A DNA stretch of 64,000 nt, taken from positions 2,481-66,480 of the forward strand of contig CAVTFV010000015.1 in the NCBI GenBank assembly GCA_963734115.1, written 5' to 3'. The stretch comes from an uncultured Acidobacteriota bacterium. Lineage in GTDB: Bacteria; Actinomycetota; Acidimicrobiia; Spongiisociales; ZC4RG35. Numbering within the stretch: the first letter of the stretch is position 1; every line of letters begins with the position of its first letter. Position numbers and translations under genes: made by a program. Positions 53,211 to 64,000 of the stretch are shown one piece after another. The notes below the pieces were generated by a model, which was not told the DNA's origin, searched no databases, and was given only the letters and a program-made list of their open reading frames with translations.

Positions 53211-53654
53211 ATGCGTGACGGTCTCTTGTTCCTCCACATCCTCGGTGCCGCTGGATGGCTGGGGGGTGGCCTATTCGGCGCTTTCGCCTATCCGGCGGTG
53301 GCCCGAAGCGGCCCGCCGGCGGCCGCGGGCATCCTTGGCGTCTTCGAGAAGCGGGGCGGCGCCTACTTCGGAGTGACGTCGGGACTGGTCCTCCTCTCGG
53401 GAATCGGCCTGGTGATCACGTCGGACGCCTTCGGCTGGAGCGACGCCTTCGTCCTGATCGGGCTCGGCGCCTTCCTCGTCTCAGGTTTGATCCAATCCAC
53501 TGTGGGAGGCAGGGCCAGCAAGCGACTGACGGCGGCGGCCGAGAGCGGCACCGACATCGACGAGGCAGTCAGGTCATGGCGTCAGATCTCGCTCGTCGAC
53601 ATCGCTGTGTTGCTCGTTGTCGTCTGGTCCATGGTCACCAAACTCGGGACCTGA
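53211..53654 (+). CDS. Four-TM membrane protein (DUF2269-like)
   Basis: FLHILGA..WLGG, LLSGI.L, terminal MVTK. Confidence 0.7.
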   Translation: MRDGLLFLHILGAAGWLGGGLFGAFAYPAVARSGPPAAAGILGVFEKRGGAYFGVTSGLVLLSGIGLVITSDAFGWSDAFVLIGLGAFLVSGLIQSTVGGRASKRLTAAAESGTDIDEAVRSWRQISLVDIAVLLVVVWSMVTKLGT

Positions 53655-53657
53655 GCG

Positions 53658-54707
53658 GTGGACCGCGACAGGATCGAGGCCTTCCTGGGGCACTTCGTCG
53701 ATCTCGCCTCAGGGGCGACCACCATTGGATTGCTCGCGGTCGCCGACCGGAGTGGCCTGTCTCGGCATCTCGGAGAGGTGGGTGGTGGCACCCCTGAGGA
53801 TCTGGCACGGGGCGCGGGTCTGGAGAAGCGTTATGTGGAAGAGATCCTGTCGGGTCTGGCCGCCGCCGGTGTGGTCGAGTACGACGCGGGGTCTCGCAGA
53901 TTCGATCTGCCGGCCGAACACGCCCTCTTCATCGCTGATGAGTCGAGCCCCTACTTCATGGGCGGGTTCTTCGACATGCTCCCGGCGATCCTGAGCCAGG
54001 TCGATCAGGTCGCCACGGCCACGAGGCAGGGCGGCGGTGTGCCTTTCGAGGCGTTCGGCGAGATGGCGATCCGGGGAATCGACCGCTCCAATACACCCTC
54101 CCAGACGGTCTTCCTCATCAATCGATGGCTCCCAGCAGTTCCCGGCTTAGTGCCGGTCCTGGAGGCGGGCGCCCGGGTTGCCGACGTGGGATGCGGCTCC
54201 GGCACGGCGGCGATCCTGATGGCACGGGCCTTCCCCAACAGCCAGGTGGCGGGCTTCGACGTCTCGACCGATTCTGTGGAGATCGCCCGAGGTCGCGCGA
54301 GCGGCCTCGCCAACCTCGAGTTCGCCGACCTCGACGTGAGCGAGATCCCCACCGACCCGCGATTTCGGCTGGTCACCACCTTCGACGTGATCCACGACCT
54401 CGCCGATCCCCTGGCCGGTATGCGCCGGATCCGCGAGGCGCTGACCGACGATGGTGTCTATCTGATGATGGAGCCCAACACCGGCTCGAAGCTCGAGGAC
54501 AACCTCGATGCGAGGGGCGCGATGCTGTACGGGGTTTCCACCCTGCACTGCATGACCCAGTCATTGGCGGAGGGCGGGGCGGGTCTGGGGTCGGCCTGGG
54601 GCCGGGAGAAGGCAGAGGCGATGGCGGCAGAGGCCGGCTTCGGGTCCTTCGAGCCCTTGGAGGGCATCACCAACAAGTTCTCTGCTTTCTACCTGCTCAC
54701 CCGATGA
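53658..54707 (+). CDS. Class I SAM methyltransferase with N-terminal wHTH (Rv2258c-like)
   Basis: RYVEE.L, GGGVPF, DVGCGSG, FDVIHD, HCMTQSL...GLG. Confidence 0.88.
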   Translation: MDRDRIEAFLGHFVDLASGATTIGLLAVADRSGLSRHLGEVGGGTPEDLARGAGLEKRYVEEILSGLAAAGVVEYDAGSRRFDLPAEHALFIADESSPYFMGGFFDMLPAILSQVDQVATATRQGGGVPFEAFGEMAIRGIDRSNTPSQTVFLINRWLPAVPGLVPVLEAGARVADVGCGSGTAAILMARAFPNSQVAGFDVSTDSVEIARGRASGLANLEFADLDVSEIPTDPRFRLVTTFDVIHDLADPLAGMRRIREALTDDGVYLMMEPNTGSKLEDNLDARGAMLYGVSTLHCMTQSLAEGGAGLGSAWGREKAEAMAAEAGFGSFEPLEGITNKFSAFYLLTR

Positions 54708-55518
54708 ACGGCGGTTGCCTCCAATGCTTGCGCCGGGCGTTCCGGTCGAGCCCGAAATCGGTGGGTGTCAAGCCACCGGGATGACGTGTCTTCGGACCGG
54801 TCAGGGCGTCGACACATGGCATGCCGCACTCGATCAAGTCCACTCCTACCCACACGAATTCCCAGGGCTCGGGGTTGGGGCCTTGGGCACTCACATCGTC
54901 GGGATAGGACGGGATGAAGCCAAACCTCTTGGCGTTGTAGAAGTTGTCGGCCGCCAGCCAGGCGTAATCCGGGGTATCCCGGAACTCACCGAACGTCCCG
55001 TCGGCATATCGAAAGTCGAGGGCGTATCCGCTGTGATGCTTCGAGGTTCCCGGGATGGAATACCAGGTGAGGGCGGCGTCTATTGCCTCATCGGTGGTGC
55101 CTCGCAGCTTTGAGTTGAACTGGGTCCTCTGGCTCTCTGGCGACCGGTAAGCGGATGAGACGACGAATCCATGGCCGGCCGCTCGTGCCGCTTCCTTCAA
55201 CTCGAGCCAGGCTGCCGCCGCCTGCGGTTGCATCGGCACACCGTCGGCGCTGCCCAGATCGGGGCCTGCGACCGGCCGCAGCACATAGCCTCGATTCGTG
55301 GCGATGCCCCAGATCCGCGCGTCCAAGGCGGCGTCTCCTGTGATAGGAAGACGACCCGACGGAGGCGACAGATTGGGCAGGGTCTTGGCCACCGCGTAGT
55401 CGTACATCGCCTTGAACTCGTCGCCGGTATAGACCGGAAACTCACCCGCTGCTGCTTGCGCCGGGACGGCCGCGACCGTCCCGAGAACCAACGTGACCAG
55501 GGCAAACAGGGATCTCAT
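54697..55518 (-). CDS. M15B D-Ala-D-Ala carboxypeptidase (VanY-like), exported
   Basis: Signal peptide, SAYRS, PGTSKHHSGYALD, EPWEF. Confidence 0.85.
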   Translation of the reverse strand: MRSLFALVTLVLGTVAAVPAQAAAGEFPVYTGDEFKAMYDYAVAKTLPNLSPPSGRLPITGDAALDARIWGIATNRGYVLRPVAGPDLGSADGVPMQPQAAAAWLELKEAARAAGHGFVVSSAYRSPESQRTQFNSKLRGTTDEAIDAALTWYSIPGTSKHHSGYALDFRYADGTFGEFRDTPDYAWLAADNFYNAKRFGFIPSYPDDVSAQGPNPEPWEFVWVGVDLIECGMPCVDALTGPKTRHPGGLTPTDFGLDRNARRKHWRQPPFIG

Positions 55519-55565
55519 CCTGGTGGACACGCTAAACCGGATGGGCCGTTTGCCCGTCGATCTCG

Positions 55566-57428
55566 CTACCAGGCGCCGCCGCCACCTCCGCCGCCGCCAC
55601 CCCCACCTCCGCCTCCCCCGCCCGAGAACCCACCCCCACCGCCGCTGGAGGCGGGTGGCGAGAAGGCCCCGGTGAGGGCGGAGTTGAGACCGGCGAACGC
55701 GTTCTCGGTGTGTCCTCCCGAGTAGCCGTAGTTTCCGAACCAATAGATCGAAGAGGTCTGCTCGAGCTCGGGCGGAGCATGCAGGCGGGCCTGTTGCAGC
55801 ACCTCTTCTGCCACCCCGAACACGATGGCGTAGATGAGGAATCGGTCCCAGAGCTCCAGCGAGATCGGCGGTGCTTCCTTCAGCCTCGAGAAATCAGTGA
55901 GGTAGCGGCGGAACGCGTCCCAACGCTCAGCCTCCAACGCCCCCTCCTTTGACCGGCGCACCCGGATCCGCCGGAACATGAGGAAGATGTAGAGGGCAAG
56001 GGCGCCGATCACCATCCCGATCACGATGAAGATGGCCATGGTCTGCCCGCCTGGTCGGCGCTCGAGGATATTGGGCAGGAACACGATGGCCCCGAACACG
56101 AGCAGGCCCACCGCGATGGCGACAAACCAGGCAACACCGTTACCCCTCTCGTCGAGGAGACCGGCACGCTTGATGGCGGACAAGACCTTGCCCCGGAAGC
56201 TCTGATAGCTCGACGCGTTCTCGGAGGCGTCCTCACGAATCACCTCCCGAAATTCGTGCAGGGGTCGCGGACCCTCGTCGAGAACACGGCCGACAACACT
56301 CAGCACCGACTGCTCGTAGTCCCGGTAGCCGGTGTCCTTGTCGGTGAGCTCAAGCACCAGATCGGTGATCGTCTCGTCACGCAGCCCACCCCAGGTGCTG
56401 CGCTCGACCTGTGACGGTGTCGCCTTGATCGCTCCCTGTCGAATCAGGTCGAACATCGTGGCGGTGAACTCCTTCTCGCTCACCGCCCCCTGGGTGAGGA
56501 GGGCCCCCACCTCGGCGGGCTTCAGATCGGTCGGTGGCTCCTGCTCGTATTCCCGGTCGTAGTCGACCGCCGGCTCCTTGCCGTACCGGAAATAGACGAG
56601 ACTGCCCAGACCTGCGGATAGAGCCACCGCGAAAATCGAGCCCCAGATCAGCCCGGTCCGGGACGCGGTGGCGGCATCGGATGCTTCTGAGGCGAATTCC
56701 TCCTCTTCGGCGATGATCGAGTCGAGCCCACTCCCCGATACGACGGTGGCCCCTTCGGTCGACGCGAGCAAGGACCTGGGGAAAACGGTTCGCATCTCGA
56801 CCCACTGATAGGCCGGAACATTGGTAGCGGTCAGCGAAGGGGAGACCTGATCGGGGCCGAGGGAGGTTTCGCCATCGACACTGTAGGGATGGCCAAAGAC
56901 CCGCACCTCGCCGGGTTGGGCGCCCTCGGGAAGGTCCGTAGTGGCCTCGAGTGACTCGAGGCCCACGGCCCACTGGTCGCCCCACACCTGCATGTTCACG
57001 TCCACCACGTCGTCGTATGCGACGGTGACACCGGTCATGACGTAGCTGATCTGGAAAGTCCTCTGCTCACTGAATGAGCTGTGGTGCCACACGATGCGGA
57101 CCAGGTCGCTCTGCTCTTCCACCCCGTAGGTCCCGGGTGGGGAGGTGCACCCGAGCTCGGTGCAGCCCCCCAGCTCATAGGTGATCGACTCGTCGCTCAC
57201 GGATACGCTGGTGATGGCCTCACCGGGGCGAAGCGGGATGTCCCGGTAAGCCCCCGAGAAGTCTCCATCGAAGTCGTAGGTGAGGCTCTCCGTGACACTC
57301 AGTGAGCCATCGTCGTTGATGACGATGTCGACGCCGGCGTGGTTCAACCAGAACGACTTGGCCAGCGCCGCCGTCGCCGGGGCGACGACGAGCAGGAGAA
57401 CGATCAGAGCCCGGGAGAGCCGCCGCAA
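55566..57428 (-). CDS. DUF2207 (YciQ-like) membrane protein
   Basis: DGSLSVTESL, WDAFRRYL, LIYAIVFGV, poly-Gly tail GGGGGGGAW; follows lemA. Confidence 0.88.
   Translation of the reverse strand: MRRLSRALIVLLLVVAPATAALAKSFWLNHAGVDIVINDDGSLSVTESLTYDFDGDFSGAYRDIPLRPGEAITSVSVSDESITYELGGCTELGCTSPPGTYGVEEQSDLVRIVWHHSSFSEQRTFQISYVMTGVTVAYDDVVDVNMQVWGDQWAVGLESLEATTDLPEGAQPGEVRVFGHPYSVDGETSLGPDQVSPSLTATNVPAYQWVEMRTVFPRSLLASTEGATVVSGSGLDSIIAEEEEFASEASDAATASRTGLIWGSIFAVALSAGLGSLVYFRYGKEPAVDYDREYEQEPPTDLKPAEVGALLTQGAVSEKEFTATMFDLIRQGAIKATPSQVERSTWGGLRDETITDLVLELTDKDTGYRDYEQSVLSVVGRVLDEGPRPLHEFREVIREDASENASSYQSFRGKVLSAIKRAGLLDERGNGVAWFVAIAVGLLVFGAIVFLPNILERRPGGQTMAIFIVIGMVIGALALYIFLMFRRIRVRRSKEGALEAERWDAFRRYLTDFSRLKEAPPISLELWDRFLIYAIVFGVAEEVLQQARLHAPPELEQTSSIYWFGNYGYSGGHTENAFAGLNSALTGAFSPPASSGGGGGFSGGGGGGGGGGGGGGGGAW
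55570..55645 (-). repeat. Low-complexity (GGN)n tract encoding the poly-Gly tail
   Basis: ccgccacctccgccgccgccacccccacc... runs. Confidence 0.8.
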
Positions 57429-57429
57429 A

Positions 57430-57984
57430 TCAGAAATCGACGGTCGGTGCCGTGGCCGCCTCTTCGCCGGCCTCGAAGAACTCCCGGGTCTGGAACCCGG
57501 TCATCCCGGCCACGATGTTGGTGGGGATCTGCTGCACCTTGTTGTTGTAGGTCAGGACCGTGTCGTTGTAGATCTGACGGGAGACAGCGATCTTGTTCTC
57601 GGTCTCGGCGAGCTCGTTCTGCAGGTTCTGGAAGTTCTCGGTGGCCCGCAGCTCGGGGTAGGCCTCGGCGACGGCGAACAATTGGCGCAGCGCCTGAGTC
57701 AGGAATCCCTCGGCCTGTGCCTGCTCGGCGGGGCCGCTGGCAGATTGAGCGGCGCTCCGAGCTTGTGTCACCCTCTCGAACGTCTCCCGCTCATGCGAGG
57801 CGTACCCCTTCACCGTCTCCACCAGGTTGGGGATCAGGTCGTAGCGACGCTTGAGCTGGACATCGACCTGCGCCCAGGAGTTGTCGACCCGGTTCCGCGA
57901 CTGGACGAGCCCGTTGTAGATGCCGATGAAGGCAAAGATCAGGATCGCCACGACGACGATCACGACGATCCAGATGAGATCCAT
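57430..57984 (-). CDS. lemA: LemA family protein
   Basis: [41 protein letters not shown]. Confidence 0.94.
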   Translation of the reverse strand: MDLIWIVVIVVVAILIFAFIGIYNGLVQSRNRVDNSWAQVDVQLKRRYDLIPNLVETVKGYASHERETFERVTQARSAAQSASGPAEQAQAEGFLTQALRQLFAVAEAYPELRATENFQNLQNELAETENKIAVSRQIYNDTVLTYNNKVQQIPTNIVAGMTGFQTREFFEAGEEAATAPTVDF

Positions 57985-58061
57985 GGCCGGGCAGTGTAGG
58001 GGCAACCGTTTTGGCGCGGAGATCCGACCTATAGGCCAAGATCGCCGCGCCAGAATGAGGG

Positions 58062-58448
58062 GTGATGACCTCGGAAGGGCGGTTCGGCACCGTGATCAGT
58101 TGCATGGACGGGAGGATTCAGACCCGGACCCTCGACCAGGTCATGACCCGCTTCGGGGTCCGATACGTGGACAACATCACCACCACCGGGGCGGTGCAGC
58201 ATCTCGACGGTGCGGTCACGCCAACCGGTGAGGGCCTCCTCCAGAGCCTGACTGTCTCCAGGGAAGCCCACGGGTCCAATCAGGTGGCCTTGGTGGCGCA
58301 CGCCGGGTGCGCCGGCAACCCGGTCACCGACAGCAAGCAGAAGGAGCAGTTGGGCCGGGCAAAGGCAGTGGTGGCCGAGCGCTTCCCGGACATGGAAGTC
58401 ATCGCCCTCTTCTTCGACCCGAGAATCGGGTTCGAGAAGATCCACTAA
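58062..58448 (+). CDS. Putative small beta-class carbonic anhydrase
   Basis: CMDGRIQ, H..CAGNP zinc ligands. Confidence 0.72.
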   Translation: MMTSEGRFGTVISCMDGRIQTRTLDQVMTRFGVRYVDNITTTGAVQHLDGAVTPTGEGLLQSLTVSREAHGSNQVALVAHAGCAGNPVTDSKQKEQLGRAKAVVAERFPDMEVIALFFDPRIGFEKIH

Positions 58449-58458
58449 GTTCGCCGGT

Positions 58459-59170
58459 ATGAGTCAAACCGCCCTGTCCGACGCCCTGACCGATCTGCTC
58501 GGCCTGGAGCATGCCCCGATCGCCCTCACATTCCACGACGAGCTACCCGACGATGGCGTCCCCTTGTTCGACGCCCCCATGTCGGAGCCCACCGAGGATG
58601 GGCGCTCGGGTCGAGCCGCCGCCCCCTGTGTCTTCTGGATGCATGCCCACGAGAGGACCTTCGACACCCTGGCCGAAGATCACGGCAACTGCTCGGTAGG
58701 CCGTTTCACCCACGGCTTCGCCGACGCCGCCGACATCCTGGACAAGAGCGACGTCGCGGCGCTCCTCGAAGTGGGATGGGTGACCATGGAAGCCTTCGCC
58801 GGGGTGGCCGCGCTGATCGCGAAGGCCCAAAGGCGTCAGATATGGCCCGCTGGCCGAAGCGGCGGCGACCCCGGATGTCGTCCTTCTGCGGGTGACCCCC
58901 CGTCAGATGATGGAGATCAACGACGCGGTCGATGTGGACTGGTCGGGCAAGCCCCAATGCCAGATCCTGCCCAGGGCCGCCGACGACGGTGTGATCGCCG
59001 CCTCGATGGGTTGTGCCTTATCCCGAGCTCGCACCGGGATGGGCGACGACGAGCTGACAGTGGCGGTCCCCGGTCATCGGGTCGAGGAGCTGGTCGCGGC
59101 GTTGCGCCCTGTCAGCACCGCCGACGGCGCGGTCGTGGGCTACGCGATGGGCGACCTGGCCCGCTTCTGA
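58459..59170 (+). CDS. DUF169 family protein (frameshift near 58820)
   Basis: PIAL, PCVFW, NCSVG, then PDVVL, PQC, SMGCALSRARTG...EL in second frame. Confidence 0.75.
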
Positions 59171-59171
59171 C

Positions 59172-59837
59172 TCACCTCTTGGGTGGTGGCTCCAGGGCGT
59201 CGATGACCGTCGACCAGTCGTCGGGCAAATGGACAGGCGACGGCCGCGACATCAGCCTGAGGTAGATGTCGGACGCTGACCCGGTGGCGCTTCCCTTCCC
59301 GGCTCCTGATCCGAAGCTCCATGACTCGCCCAGGTCGGTGGCCGTCACCTCGAGCACACCCGGGACCTCGCCCAATCGAGGAACCCACATCTCACCGAAC
59401 TCATCCAGGGCAGTTCGTCCCACGAGGGCGGTGAGCGGGGCAAGATCGCCGAAAGCCTGGTCAGCATCCCAGCGATGCAACCCGGTCTCGATCACCATTC
59501 GCTTCTCCCAGAGCCCCATCGTCGACTCCGGCCAGAAACCCCAGACCGGGGCGTCCGGGTCGGATTCCTCCAGCGCGGTCAGCATCTCCTCGAGGCTTTC
59601 CTGATACCAGTCGAAGATGTCGGCGCCGTCGGGTGGCCGGGGGGCCGAAGGTCGCTGGGTGGGGAATTCCCGGCAGATGATCGTGGTACGAGCGTGGTTG
59701 CCTCCCAGATGCGAAACGAGATCACTGATCAGCCAGCCCGGATACTGAGGGACGGGACGCTCGCGATCCAGCCGGGCAAGTTCGAGAACGCGCTCGCCCT
59801 CGGAGCGGATCTCTTCCAGATTGTCAGCCGAGAGCAC
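59172..59837 (-). CDS. Maleylpyruvate isomerase family mycothiol-dependent enzyme (MDMPI)
   Basis: VPQYPGW...[18 protein letters not shown]; start uncertain. Confidence 0.8.
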   Translation of the reverse strand: MLSADNLEEIRSEGERVLELARLDRERPVPQYPGWLISDLVSHLGGNHARTTIICREFPTQRPSAPRPPDGADIFDWYQESLEEMLTALEESDPDAPVWGFWPESTMGLWEKRMVIETGLHRWDADQAFGDLAPLTALVGRTALDEFGEMWVPRLGEVPGVLEVTATDLGESWSFGSGAGKGSATGSASDIYLRLMSRPSPVHLPDDWSTVIDALEPPPKR

Positions 59838-60744
59838 GGGCCATGGCCTCACCCATGTCGCTCGGCGTCTCGGCCATCACGATCCCGGCGTCTGTCATGG
59901 CCTCGATCTTGGCTGCAGCGGTGCCCTTGCCTCCGGACACGATGGCACCGGCGTGCCCCATTCGCTTCCCGGGCGGCGCCGTCGTCCCGGCGATGAACCC
60001 GGCCACCGGCTTGGTCATCGACGTGGCGACGAACTCGGCAGCGTCCTCCTCGGCGGTGCCTCCGATCTCCCCGATCATGATCACACCATCGGTCTCGGGG
60101 TCTTCCTCGAACATCCGGAGCATGTCGACGAAGTTGGTCCCGTTGACCGGGTCGCCACCGATTCCCACCGCTGTCGTCTGCCCCAGACCGTTCAGGGTCA
60201 ACTGGTAGACGGCTTCGTAGGTCAGGGTCCCCGATCGGGAGATCACACCCACCCGACCCCGCTCATGGATGTAGCCGGGCATGATCCCGATCTTGCATTC
60301 TCCCGGCGTGATCACGCCGGGGCAGTTCGGGCCGATGAGACGGGTCGGCTTGTCCGCCAGGTAGCGCTTTGCCTTGACCATGTCCGCCACCGGGACACCT
60401 TCGGTTATGGCCACGACCAGATCGAGACCGGCAGCCGCTTCCATAATGGCGTCGGCGGCGAAGGGTGGCGGGACATAGACCACCGATGCATTGGCCCCGG
60501 TGGCGGCCACCGCCTCCTCCACCGTGGCGAACACCGGGAGGTCCACCGAGTAGGTGTCATCCCGGCCCGGTACGCCCGAGTGGTCGGTCTCGCCCTCGAA
60601 GTGGGCGATGCTCCCCCGTCGGGATGGGTGGACCGCCCCCACCATCTGGGTCCCGTAGGCGATCGCCTTCTCCGTGTGGAACTGACCGGTCTTGCCCAAA
60701 CCCTGGATCAACACCCTCGTGTCCTTGCCGACCAGGATGCTCAT
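59824..60744 (-). CDS. sucD: Succinyl-CoA synthetase alpha subunit
   Basis: [34 protein letters not shown]. Confidence 0.95.
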   Translation of the reverse strand: MSILVGKDTRVLIQGLGKTGQFHTEKAIAYGTQMVGAVHPSRRGSIAHFEGETDHSGVPGRDDTYSVDLPVFATVEEAVAATGANASVVYVPPPFAADAIMEAAAGLDLVVAITEGVPVADMVKAKRYLADKPTRLIGPNCPGVITPGECKIGIMPGYIHERGRVGVISRSGTLTYEAVYQLTLNGLGQTTAVGIGGDPVNGTNFVDMLRMFEEDPETDGVIMIGEIGGTAEEDAAEFVATSMTKPVAGFIAGTTAPPGKRMGHAGAIVSGGKGTAAAKIEAMTDAGIVMAETPSDMGEAMARALG

Positions 60745-61964
60745 CGGATCAGCTCCACGATCTTCTCGGCACCGTCCTTGAGGCTGTCGGCAGCGACGAG
60801 GTCGAGACCTGACTCGTTCAGGATCCGTTTGCCCTCCTCGACGTTCGTCCCTTCCAGGCGGACGACGAGAGGCACCGAGAGACCGACGTTCTTGACAGCG
60901 GCGATGATGCCCGTGGCAATGACGTCGCAGCGCATGATGCCGCCGAAGATGTTGACGAAGATCCCCTTGACCGAAGGGTCCTTGGTGATGATCTGAAAGG
61001 CGGTCGTGACCTGATGCTCGTCGGCGCCGCCGCCGACGTCGAGGAAGTTGGCCGGCTCACCCCCGACGTGCTTGATCGTGTCCATCGTGGCCATGGCCAG
61101 ACCGGCCCCGTTGACCAAACAGCCGATGGTGCCGTCGAGCTTGATGTAGTTGAGCCCGGCCTCCTTCGCGGCCAGCTCGGCGGGGTCTTCCTCGGTCTCG
61201 TCACGCATGGCCGCGATATCGGGATGGCGGAATAGCGAGTTGTCGTCGAATCCCATCTTCCCGTCGAGCGCCATGACCTGGCCCCCGCCCGTGATCACCA
61301 GTGGGTTGATCTCGATCAGATCCGTGTCGAGCTCGGTGGCCGCACGATCGAGGGCCTTGACGAATCTGACGAAGCCCGAAGTCGTGTCACCTTCGATACC
61401 GAGCCCGTGGGCGAGCGCATTGGCCTGGAAATCGGCGAGATCGATGGCGGGGTCTATCTCTTCCCGCAGGATCTTCTCCGGCGTCTCCTCTGCGACCTTC
61501 TCGATCTCCATGCCGCCTTCGGTAGACGCCATGACGATGTTTCGGCTGACCGATCTGTCCAGGAGGATGGCGAGGTAGAGCTCCCGTTCGATGTCGATGC
61601 CCTGCTCCAGATACAGCCGGTTGACCACCTTGCCCTCGGGGCCTGTCTGGACCGTCACCAGAGTCGAGCCGAGCATCTTGCCGGCCAGCTCACGTACCTT
61701 TTCTTCGGCGGCTTCGGGCCCACCGTCTACGCCGTCGGTGATGACGTTGACCCCGCGCAGATCCGGATGCTCCTTGAAGGTCCCTTTGCCCCTTCCGCCG
61801 GCGTGGATCTGCGATTTGAGTACTACCACGGGGTTACCCGATTCTTCGATCAGGGGACGCACGGCGGCGACCGCATCCTCGACGGTTGTGGCCATCCGGC
61901 CCAGCGGAACCGGGATACCCCGGGCTGCCATGATCTCCTTGGCCTGGTACTCGTGGATCTTCAA
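60741..61964 (-). CDS. sucC: Succinyl-CoA synthetase beta subunit
   Basis: [46 protein letters not shown]. Confidence 0.95.
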   Translation of the reverse strand: MKIHEYQAKEIMAARGIPVPLGRMATTVEDAVAAVRPLIEESGNPVVVLKSQIHAGGRGKGTFKEHPDLRGVNVITDGVDGGPEAAEEKVRELAGKMLGSTLVTVQTGPEGKVVNRLYLEQGIDIERELYLAILLDRSVSRNIVMASTEGGMEIEKVAEETPEKILREEIDPAIDLADFQANALAHGLGIEGDTTSGFVRFVKALDRAATELDTDLIEINPLVITGGGQVMALDGKMGFDDNSLFRHPDIAAMRDETEEDPAELAAKEAGLNYIKLDGTIGCLVNGAGLAMATMDTIKHVGGEPANFLDVGGGADEHQVTTAFQIITKDPSVKGIFVNIFGGIMRCDVIATGIIAAVKNVGLSVPLVVRLEGTNVEEGKRILNESGLDLVAADSLKDGAEKIVELIR

Positions 61965-61973
61965 GAAGCGCTC

Positions 61974-62369
61974 CTAGACCTTCGACGGGACGTTGGACTC
62001 TGCCCAGGACGTGATCATGTCGAGGGGGGTTCCGGGGGTGAAGATCGTCGCCAGCCCCGCATCCAGGAGGCCCTGAAAGTCCGCCTCCGGGATCACTCCA
62101 CCGCCGAACACGACGATATCGGTGGCATCCCTGGCAGCGAGCTCCTCGACGACCTGCGGGAACAGTGTCTTGTGCGCCCCGGACAGTGAGGAGAGACCCA
62201 CTGCATCGACGTCCTCCTGCAACGCCGCCTCGGCAATTTGGGCCGGAGTCTGGTGAAGACCGGAATAGATGACCTCGAAACCCGCATCACGCAGCGCCCG
62301 AGCGATCACTTTCGCTCCGCGGTCATGGCCATCGAGACCGGGTTTGGCGATGAGGATGCGTCGAGGCAT
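61974..62369 (-). CDS. Cobalamin-binding subunit of methylmalonyl-CoA mutase family
   Basis: [34 protein letters not shown]. Confidence 0.92.
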   Translation of the reverse strand: MPRRILIAKPGLDGHDRGAKVIARALRDAGFEVIYSGLHQTPAQIAEAALQEDVDAVGLSSLSGAHKTLFPQVVEELAARDATDIVVFGGGVIPEADFQGLLDAGLATIFTPGTPLDMITSWAESNVPSKV

Positions 62370-62392
62370 TCCGGGGCGGAGGGTAGTTGGGA

Positions 62393-63046
62393 TCAGCCTT
62401 CTTCAATCCGGTGCCAGGATGCCCAGTCCTCGAGATAGGCGAGCTTGAACTCGGCGCAGGCGGGGCTCTGGAAGTTGGGCTCCTCGACACAGGCGGCCCC
62501 GTAATCCTCCGGGAACAGCAGGTTGGAGAACGACTGATAGGACGCCGTCAACTGCTCGTCCTCGAGATAGGGCCCGGCAACGAAAAGGATGCGCCCGTCC
62601 TCGATCCCGAACTGCTGTGAGACCACGGCCGGCGCCTTGTCGACGGCCTCGTTGAGGATGTTGGAGTAGGCCACGTCACATCGCAGGGTGGAAGGTGGCA
62701 GGGACACACAATCGAGCAGTTCCGTCGTCGCCCCCAGCATCGCCTGATACTCGGACCTCGTCCCGAGCGCGCTCCTCAGAAGGCCCAGTTCGCAACCTCT
62801 CCGGCGCCTTGAGGGCGGCGGCGGCAGTCGAAGTCGCCTCCGTACCAGGCCTGCGAGATGGGCTTCGATCAGCCGACGCTCGGACCGGTTGGCGAGGTCC
62901 AGGCCACCGCTCTCCCCGACCACCAACGTGGCGACGGCGAGGATTCCGACGACGGCCGCCGACACCCAGTGACGCTTCCCGGATGATCGGCCGGGCCGAG
63001 TCAGCGGGGTTGTCAGCCCGTCGGGCTCGACGAGGACAGGGCTCAC
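62393..63046 (-). CDS. Hypothetical membrane-anchored secreted protein (probable compensating frameshifts)
   Basis: N-terminal TM, paired Cys; aberrant Arg/Pro segment in the middle suggests a local frame slip. Confidence 0.55.
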   Translation of the reverse strand: MSPVLVEPDGLTTPLTRPGRSSGKRHWVSAAVVGILAVATLVVGESGGLDLANRSERRLIEAHLAGLVRRRLRLPPPPSRRRRGCELGLLRSALGTRSEYQAMLGATTELLDCVSLPPSTLRCDVAYSNILNEAVDKAPAVVSQQFGIEDGRILFVAGPYLEDEQLTASYQSFSNLLFPEDYGAACVEEPNFQSPACAEFKLAYLEDWASWHRIEEG

Positions 63047-63105
63047 TCACACCGAGCCTAGAGCGGCAGAGGTCACCTGGACCGGGACCGACCTAGCCTT
63101 GGCCC

Positions 63106-64000
63106 ATGAGCGCTTCCAACCTGCACGGGCTGGCCGCAGCCGGTGTCTCCATCTGGTCCGACCAGATCTCCAAAGCCATGCTCGATTCCGGGGAACTCGC
63201 CCGCAGGATCGAGGAGGACGCGGTGACGGGGGTCACCTCGAACCCGACCATCTTCGCCGGCGCCATCGTCGGCTCGTCCGATTACGACGATCTGCTCCGA
63301 GATCTGAAGTCGGCCAATGTGTCCACCGAGGAGATCGCCAAGACCCTGATGGCGACCGACTTGAAAAGAGCCTGCGATGAGCTGGTCGGTGTCTTCGAGA
63401 GCACGAACGGGACCGATGGGTTCGTCTCCGTCGAGGTGGCGCCGACACTCGCCGGCGAGACCGAGGCGAGCGTGGCCGAGGCCAGGGACTGGGTGAAGCA
63501 GATCGACCGACCCAACCTGCTCGTGAAGATCCCGGCCACGCCGGAAGGAATCCCTGCAATCCGCCGTCTTCTCGCCGAAGGGATCTCGGTCAACATCACC
63601 CTGATCTTCTCGCTGGAGAGATATGGCGAGGTCATGGACGCATATCTCGGTGGGCTCGAGGAGTACCACGCCTCCGGCGGGGACCCGAGCAAGGTGGCTT
63701 CGGTGGCCTCGTTCTTCGTCTCCCGTGTCGACACCGAGAGCGACAAGCGGTTCGAGGAAATCGGAACACCGGAGGCCCTCGCCCTGAAGGGCATCACCGC
63801 CAATCGCCAATGCCCGCGTCGCCTACGGGCTGTTTCTCGAGGAGTTCGGCTCGGATCGCTACCAGGCGCTGTCGGAGAAAGGGGCGCGGGTGCAGAAGCC
63901 ACTCTGGGCGTCCACTTCGACCAAGAACCCCGACTACCCCGACCTGTTGTATGTGGAGAACCTGGTGGCTCCGAACACGGTCAACACGATGCCACTGGAG
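63106..64000 (+). CDS. tal: Transaldolase (partial; frameshift near 63805)
   Basis: My translation: [62 protein letters not shown]. Confidence 0.92.
   Translation, partial: MSASNLHGLAAAGVSIWSDQISKAMLDSGELARRIEEDAVTGVTSNPTIFAGAIVGSSDYDDLLRDLKSANVSTEEIAKTLMATDLKRACDELVGVFESTNGTDGFVSVEVAPTLAGETEASVAEARDWVKQIDRPNLLVKIPATPEGIPAIRRLLAEGISVNITLIFSLERYGEVMDAYLGGLEEYHASGGDPSKVASVASFFVSRVDTESDKRFEEIGTPEALALKGITANRQCPRRLRAVSRGVRLGSLPGAVGERGAGAEATLGVHFDQEPRLPRPVVCGEPGGSEHGQHDATG

Noticed and set aside
54697-55518. Glycopeptide resistance (vanY)
   Set aside because: No vanHAX or vanRS; M15B peptidases are common housekeeping enzymes.
55570-55645. Phase-variable simple repeat
   Set aside because: Mixed Gly codons encode the normal DUF2207 glycine tail.

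Overview
High-GC actinobacterial chromosome segment, most likely Acidimicrobiia (inferred from WhiB, Bpa, a mycothiol-dependent MDMPI protein and gene style). It holds about 73 genes. I saw no rRNA, tRNA, CRISPR array, IS or prophage. Contents: a Tad/Flp pilus assembly operon (cpaB, ssd/cpaE-like, tadA, tadB, tadC) beside a BldC-like HTH gene; a circularly permuted ATP-grasp/alpha-E/transglutaminase module; a NEW3-ABC exporter; bpa; whiB; sdhCAB; two tandem, diverged TadE-TadE-TadG pseudopilin cassettes; mdh, nadABC, icd, folD, purNH and dinB; a Fur-family regulator with a Nur-type box over a cbiMQO ECF transporter; a tryptophan/anthranilate catabolic cluster; hutHI; lemA/DUF2207; sucCD; and tal. 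Many core genes carry single-base frameshifts, best read as sequencing or assembly indels. The most interesting signals are: (i) a recurring sigma-28/WhiG-like promoter (TWMA-N16-GYCGAWRT) before a Tad pseudopilin cassette, a septum-formation lipoprotein and an unknown Zn-ribbon gene; (ii) the duplicated pseudopilin cassette; (iii) a -10 hexamer 6-8 nt before many start codons, implying leaderless transcription; (iv) several readable operators and promoters. All functional calls come from recognising motifs by eye; no database search was run.
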